DNA of 60,185 bases, filler included, from an uncultured bacterium (GTDB taxonomy: Bacteria; Auribacterota; CAZIXI01): assembly GCA_964543115.1 (NCBI GenBank). It is 5 parts of 5 records of this genome, joined end to end, with 100 filler letters (N's around TTAATTAATTAA, not from the genome) between each part and the next. Parts side by side here need not be neighbours in the genome. Positions count along the whole stretch, not along the records: positions 12,235 to 24,354 come from CAZIXI010000089.1; positions 24,455 to 36,378 come from CAZIXI010000091.1; 3 more parts are not named here. The stretch is one strand, 5' to 3'. Below, in pieces: positions 19,508-28,537 of this stretch. The position numbers were made by a program, and so were the translations under genes. Under the pieces are notes generated by a model that was given only the letters and a program-made list of their open reading frames with translations, did not search any database and was not told where the DNA came from. Position 1 is the first letter of the stretch. Each line of letters begins with the position of its first letter.

Positions 19508-21415
19508 ATGAGGAAGAAAAAAGCAGTTTTGGGATTTGTTATTGTAGCTGTGTTTTGTTCTTTATCGCTAAATATTATTGGCAGTGAAAAACAAGAGTTT
19601 AAATTATTTGCTCCGGGAACGGAAAAGATTGTTGATTATGGGAAATATGGAGAGTTCCAGGGAATTGGTGCGGATAAATATAAATATCTAATTAGGAATC
19701 CCTATGGTTTGGCCAAGGCGGTGGGTGAGGGGGTGTATCCTAACCGAAAAATATATGTTGATCCAGAATATAAGAAGTTATTAGCGGCAGGGGAATTGGC
19801 GGGTAGTCCCTGGGATTTTTTGCAGGGGCCGGATTATCAAAAGAATTTCTACAAGTGGGCGAGCCTGGATAAGGAGAGTGGGGTAAAGCTTTTCTTTACG
19901 GCGGTAAATCTAAAAGAGGCGGGATTATATCTGCCGGCTGTTAAGGCCTATTACGCGGCTGTGGTGCATTTTCCCGGGGAGGCCTGCTGGGCCAAGGATG
20001 CCTCGTTTGTCTGGTATATTGGGCCGGCGGCTTTGAGCGCAATTAAGAATATTACCCGCCAGCATCCGGAACTGGGACTGGAATTGCAGGGGGCAAGGAT
20101 TATTATTAAAAACGCTAATGATACAAATTTAGATAATGACCAGGTGATTGTTAATCCGGGCAAATTTGTTAGTTTTGATCCAGAAGAAAGAAAACAGCCG
20201 AGATATGATGTAAAGGATCTGAAAGTTACCCAGCAAAAAGGGAAGGGAAAGGTGAGGCTGGTGCAGTATGAAAACGGTGATTGGCAGATGCTGATTGCCG
20301 GCCGGCCATTTTTTGTGAAGGGATTGACTTTTACTCCCACGGCAGTAGGAATGGAGCCGGGGAGCAGTAGCTTGAATGAATGGATGTTTCTGGATACGAA
20401 TAATAATGAGGTAATTGACGCCGCCTATGAATCCTGGGTGGATGAGGATGAGAACAATAAACAGGATGCTGCAGAAAAGACTGTTGGTGATTTTCAATTA
20501 TTAAGGGAGATGGGCGCTAATGCGATTAGAATTTATTATGATGAGCGGATCAATAAAGAACTTTTAAGGGATATGCATGAGAAATATGGCATAAATGTCA
20601 TTATGGGAAATTTCCTCGGTGCCTATACAGTGGGTAGCGAAGCTTCCTGGGAAAAGGGTACTGATTATACCAATGATGAACAGAAAAAAAGAATGAAAGA
20701 AAATGTAAAGAAAATGGTCCAGGAATATAAAAATGAACCGTTTATTCTAATGTGGCTTTTGGGGAATGAAAATAATCAGAGTGCCGATTATACGGGCATT
20801 AATGCTACGCGGACTAATGCCTCGCGCTACCCGAAAGAATATGCACAATTTCTTAATGAAGTGGCGGTGATGATTCATGAATTGGACCCGGATCATCCGG
20901 TGGCTACCGGCAACATGCAGTTGCGCCAGATTGATCTGTTTAATGAATACGCAACGGCGCTGGATATTTTGGGTGTTAATTCTTACCGGGGAAAAGAAGG
21001 TTTTGGCACACTTTGGGAAGAGGTTAAAGACACATTTGACCGGCCGGTAATGCTGACGGAATTTGGTTGTGATGCTTATTGGGAAGGAAAAGGTGAGGAC
21101 CAGGAGGCCCAGGCCGATTACCACAGGAATTGCTGGCAGGATATTGCCTATAACCAGGCCGGTGGTTGGGGTGCCGGTAATAGTATCGGTGGTTGTGTGT
21201 TTGAATGGCTGGATGAGTGGTGGAAGGATAATAATTCCGGTGATCCGGCCGACCGTCAGCAGCTGGGGTCTCAAGGAGACATGAATTTTCCCGACGGCCG
21301 TTCACATGAAGAGTGGTTCGGTATCTGCGGTCAGGGTGACGGCCAAAACAGCCCCTTCCTCCGCCAACCAAGAAAAACTTATTATTTGTATAAAGAGATC
21401 TGGAATAAAAGGTAG
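19508..21415 (+). CDS. Secreted clan GH-A glycoside hydrolase (GH2-like TIM barrel) with about 230-aa N-terminal extension
   Basis: Signal peptide; MGANAIRIY, WLLGNEN (acid/base), LGVNSY, MLTEFGCD (nucleophile), FEWLDEWWK, EEWFGI. Confidence 0.8.
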   Translation: MRKKKAVLGFVIVAVFCSLSLNIIGSEKQEFKLFAPGTEKIVDYGKYGEFQGIGADKYKYLIRNPYGLAKAVGEGVYPNRKIYVDPEYKKLLAAGELAGSPWDFLQGPDYQKNFYKWASLDKESGVKLFFTAVNLKEAGLYLPAVKAYYAAVVHFPGEACWAKDASFVWYIGPAALSAIKNITRQHPELGLELQGARIIIKNANDTNLDNDQVIVNPGKFVSFDPEERKQPRYDVKDLKVTQQKGKGKVRLVQYENGDWQMLIAGRPFFVKGLTFTPTAVGMEPGSSSLNEWMFLDTNNNEVIDAAYESWVDEDENNKQDAAEKTVGDFQLLREMGANAIRIYYDERINKELLRDMHEKYGINVIMGNFLGAYTVGSEASWEKGTDYTNDEQKKRMKENVKKMVQEYKNEPFILMWLLGNENNQSADYTGINATRTNASRYPKEYAQFLNEVAVMIHELDPDHPVATGNMQLRQIDLFNEYATALDILGVNSYRGKEGFGTLWEEVKDTFDRPVMLTEFGCDAYWEGKGEDQEAQADYHRNCWQDIAYNQAGGWGAGNSIGGCVFEWLDEWWKDNNSGDPADRQQLGSQGDMNFPDGRSHEEWFGICGQGDGQNSPFLRQPRKTYYLYKEIWNKR

Positions 21416-21452
21416 GATCCACAGCAAAGCAGCCCAATCTTATGCAAAGATA

Positions 21453-21550
21453 TCTTTAACGCAGAGATCGCAAAGCACGCAGAGCTTCGCAGAGTCTTTA
21501 TAGTATTAGAATATTTTTCTCTGTGTCCTCTGCGAGCTCTGCGTTAAAGA
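21453..21550. repeat. MITE-like CGCAGAG/CTCTGCG element, copy 2 (98 bp)
   Basis: Perfect 14-bp terminal inverted repeats tctttaacgcagag (21453-21466) and ctctgcgttaaaga (21537-21550); arms are built from 9-10-nt units. Confidence 0.85.
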
Positions 21551-21591
21551 ATCTGTTTTATGCGTAAGCGTTACGAGCGAAGCGAGTTACT

Positions 21592-22413
21592 TTACTCTTC
21601 CAGTAGCGGAATGATTTCGGGGTTGAGTAGGAAGCGGCCGATTTTCGTTGTTAAATCCATTTTGTTTTTCTTTTCCGGGAAGATCTCTTTCATTTCTTCG
21701 GTCAGCTGTTCTTTTTGGATCATGAATTCTAGTTCGGGTAAATTGCGGACCTTGTCGTAAAACTGCGCTAATTGCTGTTCTAGCTTTTCTTCATCCGCTT
21801 GACTATGGCGTTTATGTTGTTTCCATCTATCAATTGTTCTTTGGATAATCTTGCTCTTACGTTCTTCGTAAGTATCTTCCGGCAGCTGATAAAGGCGTTC
21901 CAGTTTCTTCTGCAGCTGGGTATTGTCGGCCGCCTGGCCGATGCGCGCCGGGCCCTTGGGTGGGATAATGCAGGGTTTATATTCATCAATAACTATTTTT
22001 TGCATATTGGTTAATTTCTTTTCTATTTCCTGGGCCAGTTGCCGGTATTGTGCCTGGTATTGTTTCCTTATTTCCCGGGTATCCTTTTTCACTGAGAAGT
22101 GCGCTCTCCGGTTATTGTCAGTGACAAAATTATCCTTTTGTAAATCTTCCTTGATGCCGGCAAAGATATGTTCTCTTTCTTCTTCTTTAACCTGCAGGGC
22201 CAGTTCTTCCTCTTCCTGGAGCTGCTGAGCCTCCTGCGCCCGGGCGAGGACAAATTGACTTTGTTCTTCAGTAAGATAAAGGCTGTTAAGCAGGTTGAGG
22301 ATAAGGATCTGCTGCCGGGATTTGTCTAACTGGCCGGCGGGGCGAGCCATAACGGATGTTGTTAACAATGAAAGAGTTAAGAAAATAGTAATGATTAACG
22401 TTGTTTTTTTCAT
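21592..22413 (-). CDS. Secreted alpha-helical hypothetical protein
   Basis: AGGAGGT then ATG at 22413; signal MKKTTLIITIFLTLSLLTTSVMA; LYLTEEQ motif resembles Spy/CpxP-type repeats; coiled-coil composition. Confidence 0.75.
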   Translation of the reverse strand: MKKTTLIITIFLTLSLLTTSVMARPAGQLDKSRQQILILNLLNSLYLTEEQSQFVLARAQEAQQLQEEEELALQVKEEEREHIFAGIKEDLQKDNFVTDNNRRAHFSVKKDTREIRKQYQAQYRQLAQEIEKKLTNMQKIVIDEYKPCIIPPKGPARIGQAADNTQLQKKLERLYQLPEDTYEERKSKIIQRTIDRWKQHKRHSQADEEKLEQQLAQFYDKVRNLPELEFMIQKEQLTEEMKEIFPEKKNKMDLTTKIGRFLLNPEIIPLLEE

Positions 22414-22549
22414 TTCACACCTCCTGGGGGTTCCCGCTGTTTTCAACAAATATGACGTAATTTAGGGAATCTTTATTCCGGCAGAAATTTGTGCTGGTTG
22501 CAAAAGGCCTGACGATTTGTTAGAATTAGGTTCAAAATGGAGGTGGAAG

Positions 22550-23053
22550 ATGAATGATGAGGTTAGAAAGAATTTGGAGTTTGCCTTCAGTGGTGAATCT
22601 CAGGCGCACGTAAGGTATCAGTTCTATTCGGAAATTGCCGATAAGGAAGGAATGGAGAATATAGCCAGGTTGTTTAAGGCTGTTTCGTATGCGGAACGGG
22701 TTCATGCCGGGAATCATTTGGAGCTGCTTGGCGGGATGAATATTACAAAGGACAATCTTGATATAGCAATTGCCGGTGAAACCTATGAAGTCAAGAAAAT
22801 GTATCCTGAATTTCTCAAAAAGGCTAATTCATTTGCGGAAGAAGATGCGGCTACAGCTAATTATCGTGCCTTGGAAGCGGAAAAAACACATCGCAAGATT
22901 TATAAAAAAGCCGCAGAAGCCGTGAAAGCAGGCAGTGACCTTGCGATTGGTAAGATATATATTTGTCCAAAGTGCGGACATGCAATGTATGATGATGTCC
23001 CGGACAAATGCCCTATATGTGATACTGAAAAGGAATTGTTTATGATATTTTAA
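22550..23053 (+). CDS. rbr: Rubrerythrin
   Basis: FSGESQAHVRY, AERVHA, GETYE, AEKTH diiron motifs plus C-terminal CPKC...CPIC; GGAGGT precedes ATG at 22550. Confidence 0.92.
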   Translation: MNDEVRKNLEFAFSGESQAHVRYQFYSEIADKEGMENIARLFKAVSYAERVHAGNHLELLGGMNITKDNLDIAIAGETYEVKKMYPEFLKKANSFAEEDAATANYRALEAEKTHRKIYKKAAEAVKAGSDLAIGKIYICPKCGHAMYDDVPDKCPICDTEKELFMIF

Positions 23054-23071
23054 CTGAGAAGGAGAGTAATT

Positions 23072-23779
23072 ATGTATGATCAGTTTACAAATATAGATTC
23101 TTCTGATTTTAAGAGTAACGGTTTGTATCTTATCTTTCCAAATAAGACATGTCTGGACTTTAGCAGAGAGAATATTGAAAAGGAAACGGAAAAATTTTGG
23201 AATGATCCTTCCAGGATAACTCCGCAAATAAAAAAAGCAGTTGATTTTCAAAAATGTTATTTCTGCCCGCATAAAGAGCAAAAAGATATCTGTGACGCCA
23301 TCCGGCCTGTACTGCCGTTTTTGGAAGATGTCGATAAATATTTGTCCTTTGATAAAGTAACGGCAGTGTTTAAGGGAAAAGGGGAGGTGCTTCATGTTGT
23401 AAATACAGATATGCAGCAGGCGCTTAAATATGTGTCCATTTTATCTTTAGTGTATTATCACGCTCTTGGCGGTAAATATTGGAAGTATTATTATGGAATA
23501 ATCCCGATTATGAGGCCTAAAGAGATAGCGGGTAGAATTTTTCTGAATATGTATTATATGCATAAAGGAGATAAAGAAGAGATAACTGATCTTATTGAAG
23601 AATTTAGGGAGCAAATGAGAGTAGCAAGTCAAAATCAGGTAAAAAGAATAGGCTTAATAAGTAAAAACGATGCGTTTCTAAATGCCTTTGTCAGTTCGCA
23701 AGTGGTAACTGAAATTTTATCCTTTAAGATAGAAGAAATGCTGGAAAAATCAATTAGTGAATTTAGTAAAATAGGATAA
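23072..23779 (+). CDS. Hypothetical protein, DUF6901-like
   Basis: FQKCYFCP...C, SFDKVTAV, TDMQQAL and SKNDAFLNAF resemble my recollection of the DUF6901 pattern; not verified. Confidence 0.5.
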   Translation: MYDQFTNIDSSDFKSNGLYLIFPNKTCLDFSRENIEKETEKFWNDPSRITPQIKKAVDFQKCYFCPHKEQKDICDAIRPVLPFLEDVDKYLSFDKVTAVFKGKGEVLHVVNTDMQQALKYVSILSLVYYHALGGKYWKYYYGIIPIMRPKEIAGRIFLNMYYMHKGDKEEITDLIEEFREQMRVASQNQVKRIGLISKNDAFLNAFVSSQVVTEILSFKIEEMLEKSISEFSKIG

Positions 23780-23957
23780 GAAATTGGCAAGCTGAATTTT
23801 TCCCAAGCCGTATTATGTTGGAGTTGTATTGTAATGGGGCGGGTCAAGGTATTTACTTAAAATATAAAATCTTAATTTCAAAAAAATTATAAACATACCG
23901 TGTTTTTCTAGGCAGGACAATCCGTAATTTGTTTGACGCTATAAATGTTTCTCAGGC

Positions 23958-23985
23958 TTGAAATTTATCTATTTCTTTATATAAT
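23958..23985 (+). promoter_or_regulatory. Putative sigma70 promoter for the MoxR gene
   Basis: TTGAAA-N16-TATAAT. Confidence 0.45.
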
Positions 23986-24006
23986 ATTGTATCTATATGA
24001 TAGGAG

Positions 24007-24039
24007 AAATCCGCAATCCGAAATCCAAAATCCGAAATT
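24007..24039 (+). repeat. Heptamer tandem array (AAATCCG-type) just upstream of an RBS
   Basis: aaatccg caatccg aaatcca aaatccg aaatt, then gaaggaggt and ATG at 24053. Confidence 0.8.
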
Positions 24040-24052
24040 GAAGGAGGTGTTT

Positions 24053-24354
24053 ATGCAGTACAGTGGGATCAAGCAGATCAATGAATTGGTGCAGAAGGAA
24101 GGAGTATTCGTTCAGAAAATGATGTCCGAAATAGGTAAGGTGATTGTCGGCCAGAAGTATCTTATTGAAAGATTGCTTATTGGGCTCCTGGCAGACGGTC
24201 ATATCCTGATTGAAGGGGTGCCCGGTCTGGCCAAGACAATGAGCGTGCGTATGCTGGCCCAGTCTATCCAGACGGATTTCCAGCGGCTGCAGTTTACTCC
24301 GGATCTTTTGCCGGCGGATCTGATCGGTACCTTGATTTATAACCCCAAAGAGGG
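24053..24354 (+). CDS. MoxR-family AAA+ ATPase (3'-truncated)
   Basis: GHILIEGVPGLAKT (Walker A variant) and FQRLQFTPDLLPADLIGT. Confidence 0.92.
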
Positions 24355-24454
24355 NNNNNNNNNNNNNNNNNNNNNNNNNNNNNNNNNNNNNNNNNNNNTT
24401 AATTAATTAANNNNNNNNNNNNNNNNNNNNNNNNNNNNNNNNNNNNNNNNNNNN
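24355..24454. other. Assembly gap placeholder
   Basis: N44-TTAATTAATTAA-N44. Confidence 0.98.
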
Positions 24455-24844
24455 ATTGGCCGTAAGCTGCTGGCGGTGAAAGATGTTATGCGTACAGGGG
24501 ACCGTTCTGCTGTTGTTAGTGAAGACACATTAATCCGTGATGTTCTGCTGGCCATCACCAGGGCCCGGGCGGGTTCCGCTACGGTGGTGGACAGGGACGG
24601 TAAGGTTTGTGGGATTTTTACTGACGGGGACCTGCGGCGTTCACTGGAGAAGGATCCGCAGGTGACGATTAAGCCGGTTGGCAAGGTGATGACTCCTAAA
24701 CCAGTCACCTTACAGTCGGATACCCTGGCGGCAGAGGCCTTGAATATCATTAAAGAGCGCCGGATGGATGAGTTGTTAGTAGTGGATAATAATGGGCGAC
24801 CGATTGGTATAGTTGACGAAAAGGATCTATTGGGTCTAGGTTAA
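24455..24844 (+). CDS. kdsD: KdsD/GutQ arabinose-5-phosphate isomerase, C-terminal CBS pair (5'-truncated)
   Basis: IGRKLLAVKDVMRTG...GIFTDGDLRR...VMTPKP CBS pair, directly upstream of kdsC. Confidence 0.85.
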   Translation: MGRKLLAVKDVMRTGDRSAVVSEDTLIRDVLLAITRARAGSATVVDRDGKVCGIFTDGDLRRSLEKDPQVTIKPVGKVMTPKPVTLQSDTLAAEALNIIKERRMDELLVVDNNGRPIGIVDEKDLLGLG

Positions 24845-24853
24845 ATAACTGCT

Positions 24854-25354
24854 ATGGCGAAGAAAACATTATCTCCGGCGGCTGTAAAGAAGTTACGGAT
24901 GCTAATCCTGGATGTTGACGGTGTGCTAACTGATGGAAATATTGGTTATGATACTCAGGGTAATGAGTATCGGTTTTTTAATGTGCATGATGGTTATGGT
25001 TTGCGTCTGTTGCGGGAAGCCGGTCTGATATTGGTTATTATTTCGGGCAAAATATCTTCGATAGTCAGCCGGAGAGCGAAAGAACTTGGAGTAAAAGAGG
25101 TTTATCTGGGTGTGGAAAAAAAGATAGAGGTATTGGGAGAGCTTCTAAATAAGTATAAATTAACTGTACCGCAGGTGGCTGCTATCGGGGATGATCTGCT
25201 GGATCTGGAATTGTTGTCGCAGGTGGGTGTGGCGGTAGCGGTAGCTAATGCCCGGCCGGAAGTAAAGAAAGCGGCCAAATATGTTACCCGGTTATCCGGC
25301 GGCGCCGGTGCGGTCAGAGAACTAGCGGATATTATTCTTAAAACCAAAGACTGA
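24854..25354 (+). CDS. kdsC: KDO 8-phosphate phosphatase (HAD)
   Basis: LDVDGVLTDG, DGYG, AIGDDLLD, GGAGAVRE. Confidence 0.92.
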   Translation: MAKKTLSPAAVKKLRMLILDVDGVLTDGNIGYDTQGNEYRFFNVHDGYGLRLLREAGLILVIISGKISSIVSRRAKELGVKEVYLGVEKKIEVLGELLNKYKLTVPQVAAIGDDLLDLELLSQVGVAVAVANARPEVKKAAKYVTRLSGGAGAVRELADIILKTKD

Positions 25355-27279
25355 TGAAGAACAAGAAGAAATACAGAGACATTTATCGGTATATCTTTTA
25401 TTTACTTGCCTTACTTGCCAAAGGGATAGTGCAGTATATGCCGCGGGGAGCGGTCTTGAGATTAGGCAGGGGGATGGGCCGGCTGTGTTTTTGGTTGTTG
25501 CCCAGGGAACGAAACCGGGCCTTGAAACATCTGCGATTGGTCTATGGTGAGCGGAAGGATCTGACGCGGATAGTCCAGGGGGTCTTTGAAAACCTGGGGA
25601 TGAATTTGCTGGAATGGTTTCAGCTGCCGCGCCTGAGTAAAAAAAGAGAAGATAAAATTTTTAAGTATACCGGGTTAGAGAAAATAGAGCGGGCATTGCG
25701 GAATGATAAGGGAATAATCATGCTTACCGGGCATCTGGGAAACTGGGAATATCTGGCTGCCGCAATGGCCCTGCGCGGGTTTAGAGGAGCGGTAGTCGGC
25801 AGGAAGATCTATTACCCTCCGTATAATAATTTATTATGTTCTTTACGGGCAGCAGCGGGAGTAGAGACGATCTGGCGTGACGATTCGGCTAGAAAGATGC
25901 TCAGGGTTCTGCGGCAGAATATGCTCTTGGGTATTCTGCCGGATCAGGATACAAAAAAGGTAGATGGTATTTTTGTTGATTTTTTTGGTTATCCTTCTTA
26001 TACTCCTACTGGACCGGTTAATCTGGCCCTGGCATCCGGGGCAGCTGTTTTGCCCTGTTTTATTATCAGAGAGGGGAATTATCACCGGATTATTATTGAA
26101 GATCCCCTGCCGTTAACTGTCAGGGAAGATAAAATGGAAACTTTAAGAATCAATACCCAGCGTTGGTCTAATATTATTGAAGAATATATTCGCCGTTATC
26201 CGGGACAATGGGTTTGGATTCACCGGAAATGGCGCACCAAAGCTGACCGCGAGCTTTGTTCGCCGTCGACTACGAGCGCAGATCGCTTTGCCCGCTATCG
26301 GCCTGTACCAACTAAAAGTGAAAGTGGGAAAATGAAGGATGTTAGGGTGAAATTTAAATCGGTTTCTCTACTTAAGGCTTTTATGAAGAGGAAGAGGCTG
26401 GCTTTTGGGCTCTGGTTGGCGGCAGCCGTCTTTGGCCTTTGTTCTTGTATATCCTTTCCGCTCCTGGCGGAGGAAAATGCGCTTTCTACGCTTAGTGAAG
26501 AGGTTAAGGGGTTCATGATGACGATGGTAGATAAAAAAGGCAAATCCACAGCCACCGTCAGCGGGAGTATGGCCAATCTTCTTTCCGGCGGCTTAATCGA
26601 AATAGATGATGTCCTTGTTCGTATTTATAAGCCCAAACCGGGTGAACCGGATATTATTGTCCATACAGCCAAGGGCACTTACAACCGTGCGGCCAATGTG
26701 GTAGAAACAGATGAATTTGTCAGGATTAATCATATGGATACGGTGATTACCGGTTCCGGCCTTTGTTGGGAGCCGGATCGTTCTGTATTGAGAATCAAAA
26801 GAAATGTTAAGGTTAAATATCATACACCCAGAGAGCAGACAGCGGAAGAGAAGATATCAGGGAGTGGTAATTCGGAAGACTCTGTGACGGTAATTACCGC
26901 TGAAGGCAGCGGGAAAATGGATTATCGGAAAAATAATGCTGTTTTTCGAAAGAATGTTGTAGTTACCGATCCTCAGGTTACCCTGAAAGCAAAGAGAATG
27001 AAAATTTTCTTTGATAGTGATACCAAGGGGCGGATTGCCAAGATTGAGGCCTATGGCGGGGTAAGGTTTAAGCAGCCGGAGAGGGAATCTTCCAGCCGGA
27101 AGGCGGTCTATTATACGGGTGAGGACAAGGTGCTGCTTGTGGGCAACCCCAGGATAGTGCAGGGTCTTGATCTTTATACGGCTGATCGGATAACAATTTA
27201 TGAAAAAGGCAGCCGTGTCATATTTGAACCCCGGGCTCAACTGGTGATTTATCCCCGCGCCGATCATGACCTATTATGA
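25354..27279 (+). CDS. Single ORF joining an LpxL-type lipid A acyltransferase, an LptC-like and an LptA-like domain
   Basis: aa 1-296: GHLGNWE, LPDQD, PGQWVWIHRKW (LpxL/HtrB family). Then an about 47-aa linker, an internal Met at 26383 with a hydrophobic helix, an LptC-like region (VETDEFVRI...ITGSGL) and an LptA-like region (AVFRKNVVVTD...AYGGVRF...LVGNPRI). Confidence 0.8.
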   Translation: MKNKKKYRDIYRYIFYLLALLAKGIVQYMPRGAVLRLGRGMGRLCFWLLPRERNRALKHLRLVYGERKDLTRIVQGVFENLGMNLLEWFQLPRLSKKREDKIFKYTGLEKIERALRNDKGIIMLTGHLGNWEYLAAAMALRGFRGAVVGRKIYYPPYNNLLCSLRAAAGVETIWRDDSARKMLRVLRQNMLLGILPDQDTKKVDGIFVDFFGYPSYTPTGPVNLALASGAAVLPCFIIREGNYHRIIIEDPLPLTVREDKMETLRINTQRWSNIIEEYIRRYPGQWVWIHRKWRTKADRELCSPSTTSADRFARYRPVPTKSESGKMKDVRVKFKSVSLLKAFMKRKRLAFGLWLAAAVFGLCSCISFPLLAEENALSTLSEEVKGFMMTMVDKKGKSTATVSGSMANLLSGGLIEIDDVLVRIYKPKPGEPDIIVHTAKGTYNRAANVVETDEFVRINHMDTVITGSGLCWEPDRSVLRIKRNVKVKYHTPREQTAEEKISGSGNSEDSVTVITAEGSGKMDYRKNNAVFRKNVVVTDPQVTLKAKRMKIFFDSDTKGRIAKIEAYGGVRFKQPERESSSRKAVYYTGEDKVLLVGNPRIVQGLDLYTADRITIYEKGSRVIFEPRAQLVIYPRADHDLL

Positions 27280-28106
27280 GTAAGAAAAAACAAGCAAAAA
27301 CTAAAACACAGACGATTACTAAAGAGCAGGGAGAGCAGCAGCCGGATAAATCATTTTACCGGACTGTGAATCCCAAGGGGCAGGTAGAGCTGTTTCGCTC
27401 GGAAGATTTGGTTAAAATATATCGTAATCGTAAAGTAGTAGATAATGTAAATATCCGGGTTTACAGCGGTGAAATCGTCGGTTTACTCGGCCCTAATGGT
27501 GCCGGTAAAACAACTAGCTTTTATATGATCGTCGGCCTGGTCTCTCCGGACAGCGGCCGCGTCATTTTTAAAGGTGAAGACATTACCAATCAACCCATGT
27601 GGATCAGGGCGCGTAAGGGAGTAGGTTATTTATCACAGGATCCGGCAATTTTTCGCAAATTGACTGTAGAGCAGAACATCATGGCTATTTTAGAGACCCA
27701 AAAACTTACTTACCGGCAGCGCCGCAACAGGTTGAACGAGCTTTTATCTGAATTGGGGTTGGAACAGGTTAGGCGTAATTTATCGTATACACTTTCTGGC
27801 GGTGAACGCCGGCGGCTGGAAATTACCAGAGCGTTGGTGACCAATCCCAGTTTTATGCTTTTAGATGAGCCTTTCTCCGGAGTTGATCCCATTGCTGTAT
27901 TTGAAGTGCAGAAGATTATTAATAAGTTGAAGGAGAAAGGGTTAGGTATTTTATTGACTGACCACAGTGTTAGAGAAACATTAGCCATCACCGATCGCGC
28001 GTATATTATGCATCAAAGCCATATACTTATTTCCGGTACATCCAAGGAATTAGTCTCTAATCCCAAGGCCCGGGAACTCTATCTGGGTAAGGAATTTACT
28101 ATGTAG
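27276..28106 (+). CDS. lptB: LPS export ABC transporter ATP-binding protein
   Basis: GPNGAGKTT, YLSQDPAIFRKL, LSGGERRRLEI, LLDEPFSGVDP, LLTDHSVRETL. Confidence 0.95.
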   Translation: MSKKKQAKTKTQTITKEQGEQQPDKSFYRTVNPKGQVELFRSEDLVKIYRNRKVVDNVNIRVYSGEIVGLLGPNGAGKTTSFYMIVGLVSPDSGRVIFKGEDITNQPMWIRARKGVGYLSQDPAIFRKLTVEQNIMAILETQKLTYRQRRNRLNELLSELGLEQVRRNLSYTLSGGERRRLEITRALVTNPSFMLLDEPFSGVDPIAVFEVQKIINKLKEKGLGILLTDHSVRETLAITDRAYIMHQSHILISGTSKELVSNPKARELYLGKEFTM

Positions 28107-28112
28107 TTTAAT

Positions 28113-28141
28113 TTGATTGCTTTTGGCCCAAGGTTTATGAT
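28113..28141 (+). promoter_or_regulatory. Putative sigma70 promoter upstream of hpf
   Basis: TTGATT-N17-TATGAT. Confidence 0.5.
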
Positions 28142-28174
28142 AACCTTTTTGCCCCTTAAAAAGAGAGGTGTTTA

Positions 28175-28525
28175 ATGCAAATGACAGTTACTGGCCGCCA
28201 TGTGGATATTAGTGCCGCAGTAAAAGAATATGGTAGGGAGAAGCTGGAGCATATTGTGAAGAAACATCTTCCCGGGCGGATAACCAAGGTTCATGTTATT
28301 ATGAGTATTCAACGGTTCCGCCATTTGGTAGAAGCAGAATTACACGGTCCGCGGGTTAATATTTATGCGACTGCTACCAGTACGGATATGTATTCTTCCG
28401 TTGATAAAGTATTGGATAAAGTTGAACGTCAATTAGTTAAGTATAAAACTAAGTTTCACAAACGCAAACATGTCAGGCCGGACAGTATTAGAAGAACAGA
28501 GATAGCTGAGATAGACGAAAGCTGA
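28175..28525 (+). CDS. hpf: Ribosome hibernation factor (HPF/RaiA)
   Basis: MQMTVTGRHVDIS...DMYSSVDKVLDKVERQL. Confidence 0.92.
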   Translation: MQMTVTGRHVDISAAVKEYGREKLEHIVKKHLPGRITKVHVIMSIQRFRHLVEAELHGPRVNIYATATSTDMYSSVDKVLDKVERQLVKYKTKFHKRKHVRPDSIRRTEIAEIDES

Positions 28526-28537
28526 GAAGCAAGTGTG

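Noticed and set aside
19951..21437. Long antisense and alternative-frame ORFs over the GH gene (up to 175 aa)
   Set aside because: They fully overlap a well-supported gene and have no recognisable motifs.
23945..24052. Extended N-termini in the track (also 11480, 11612, 22449, 22517, 37019, 50647, 52324)
   Set aside because: Downstream ATGs have clear Shine-Dalgarno sequences, and some extensions merely translate repeat elements (e.g. NPQSEIQNPK).
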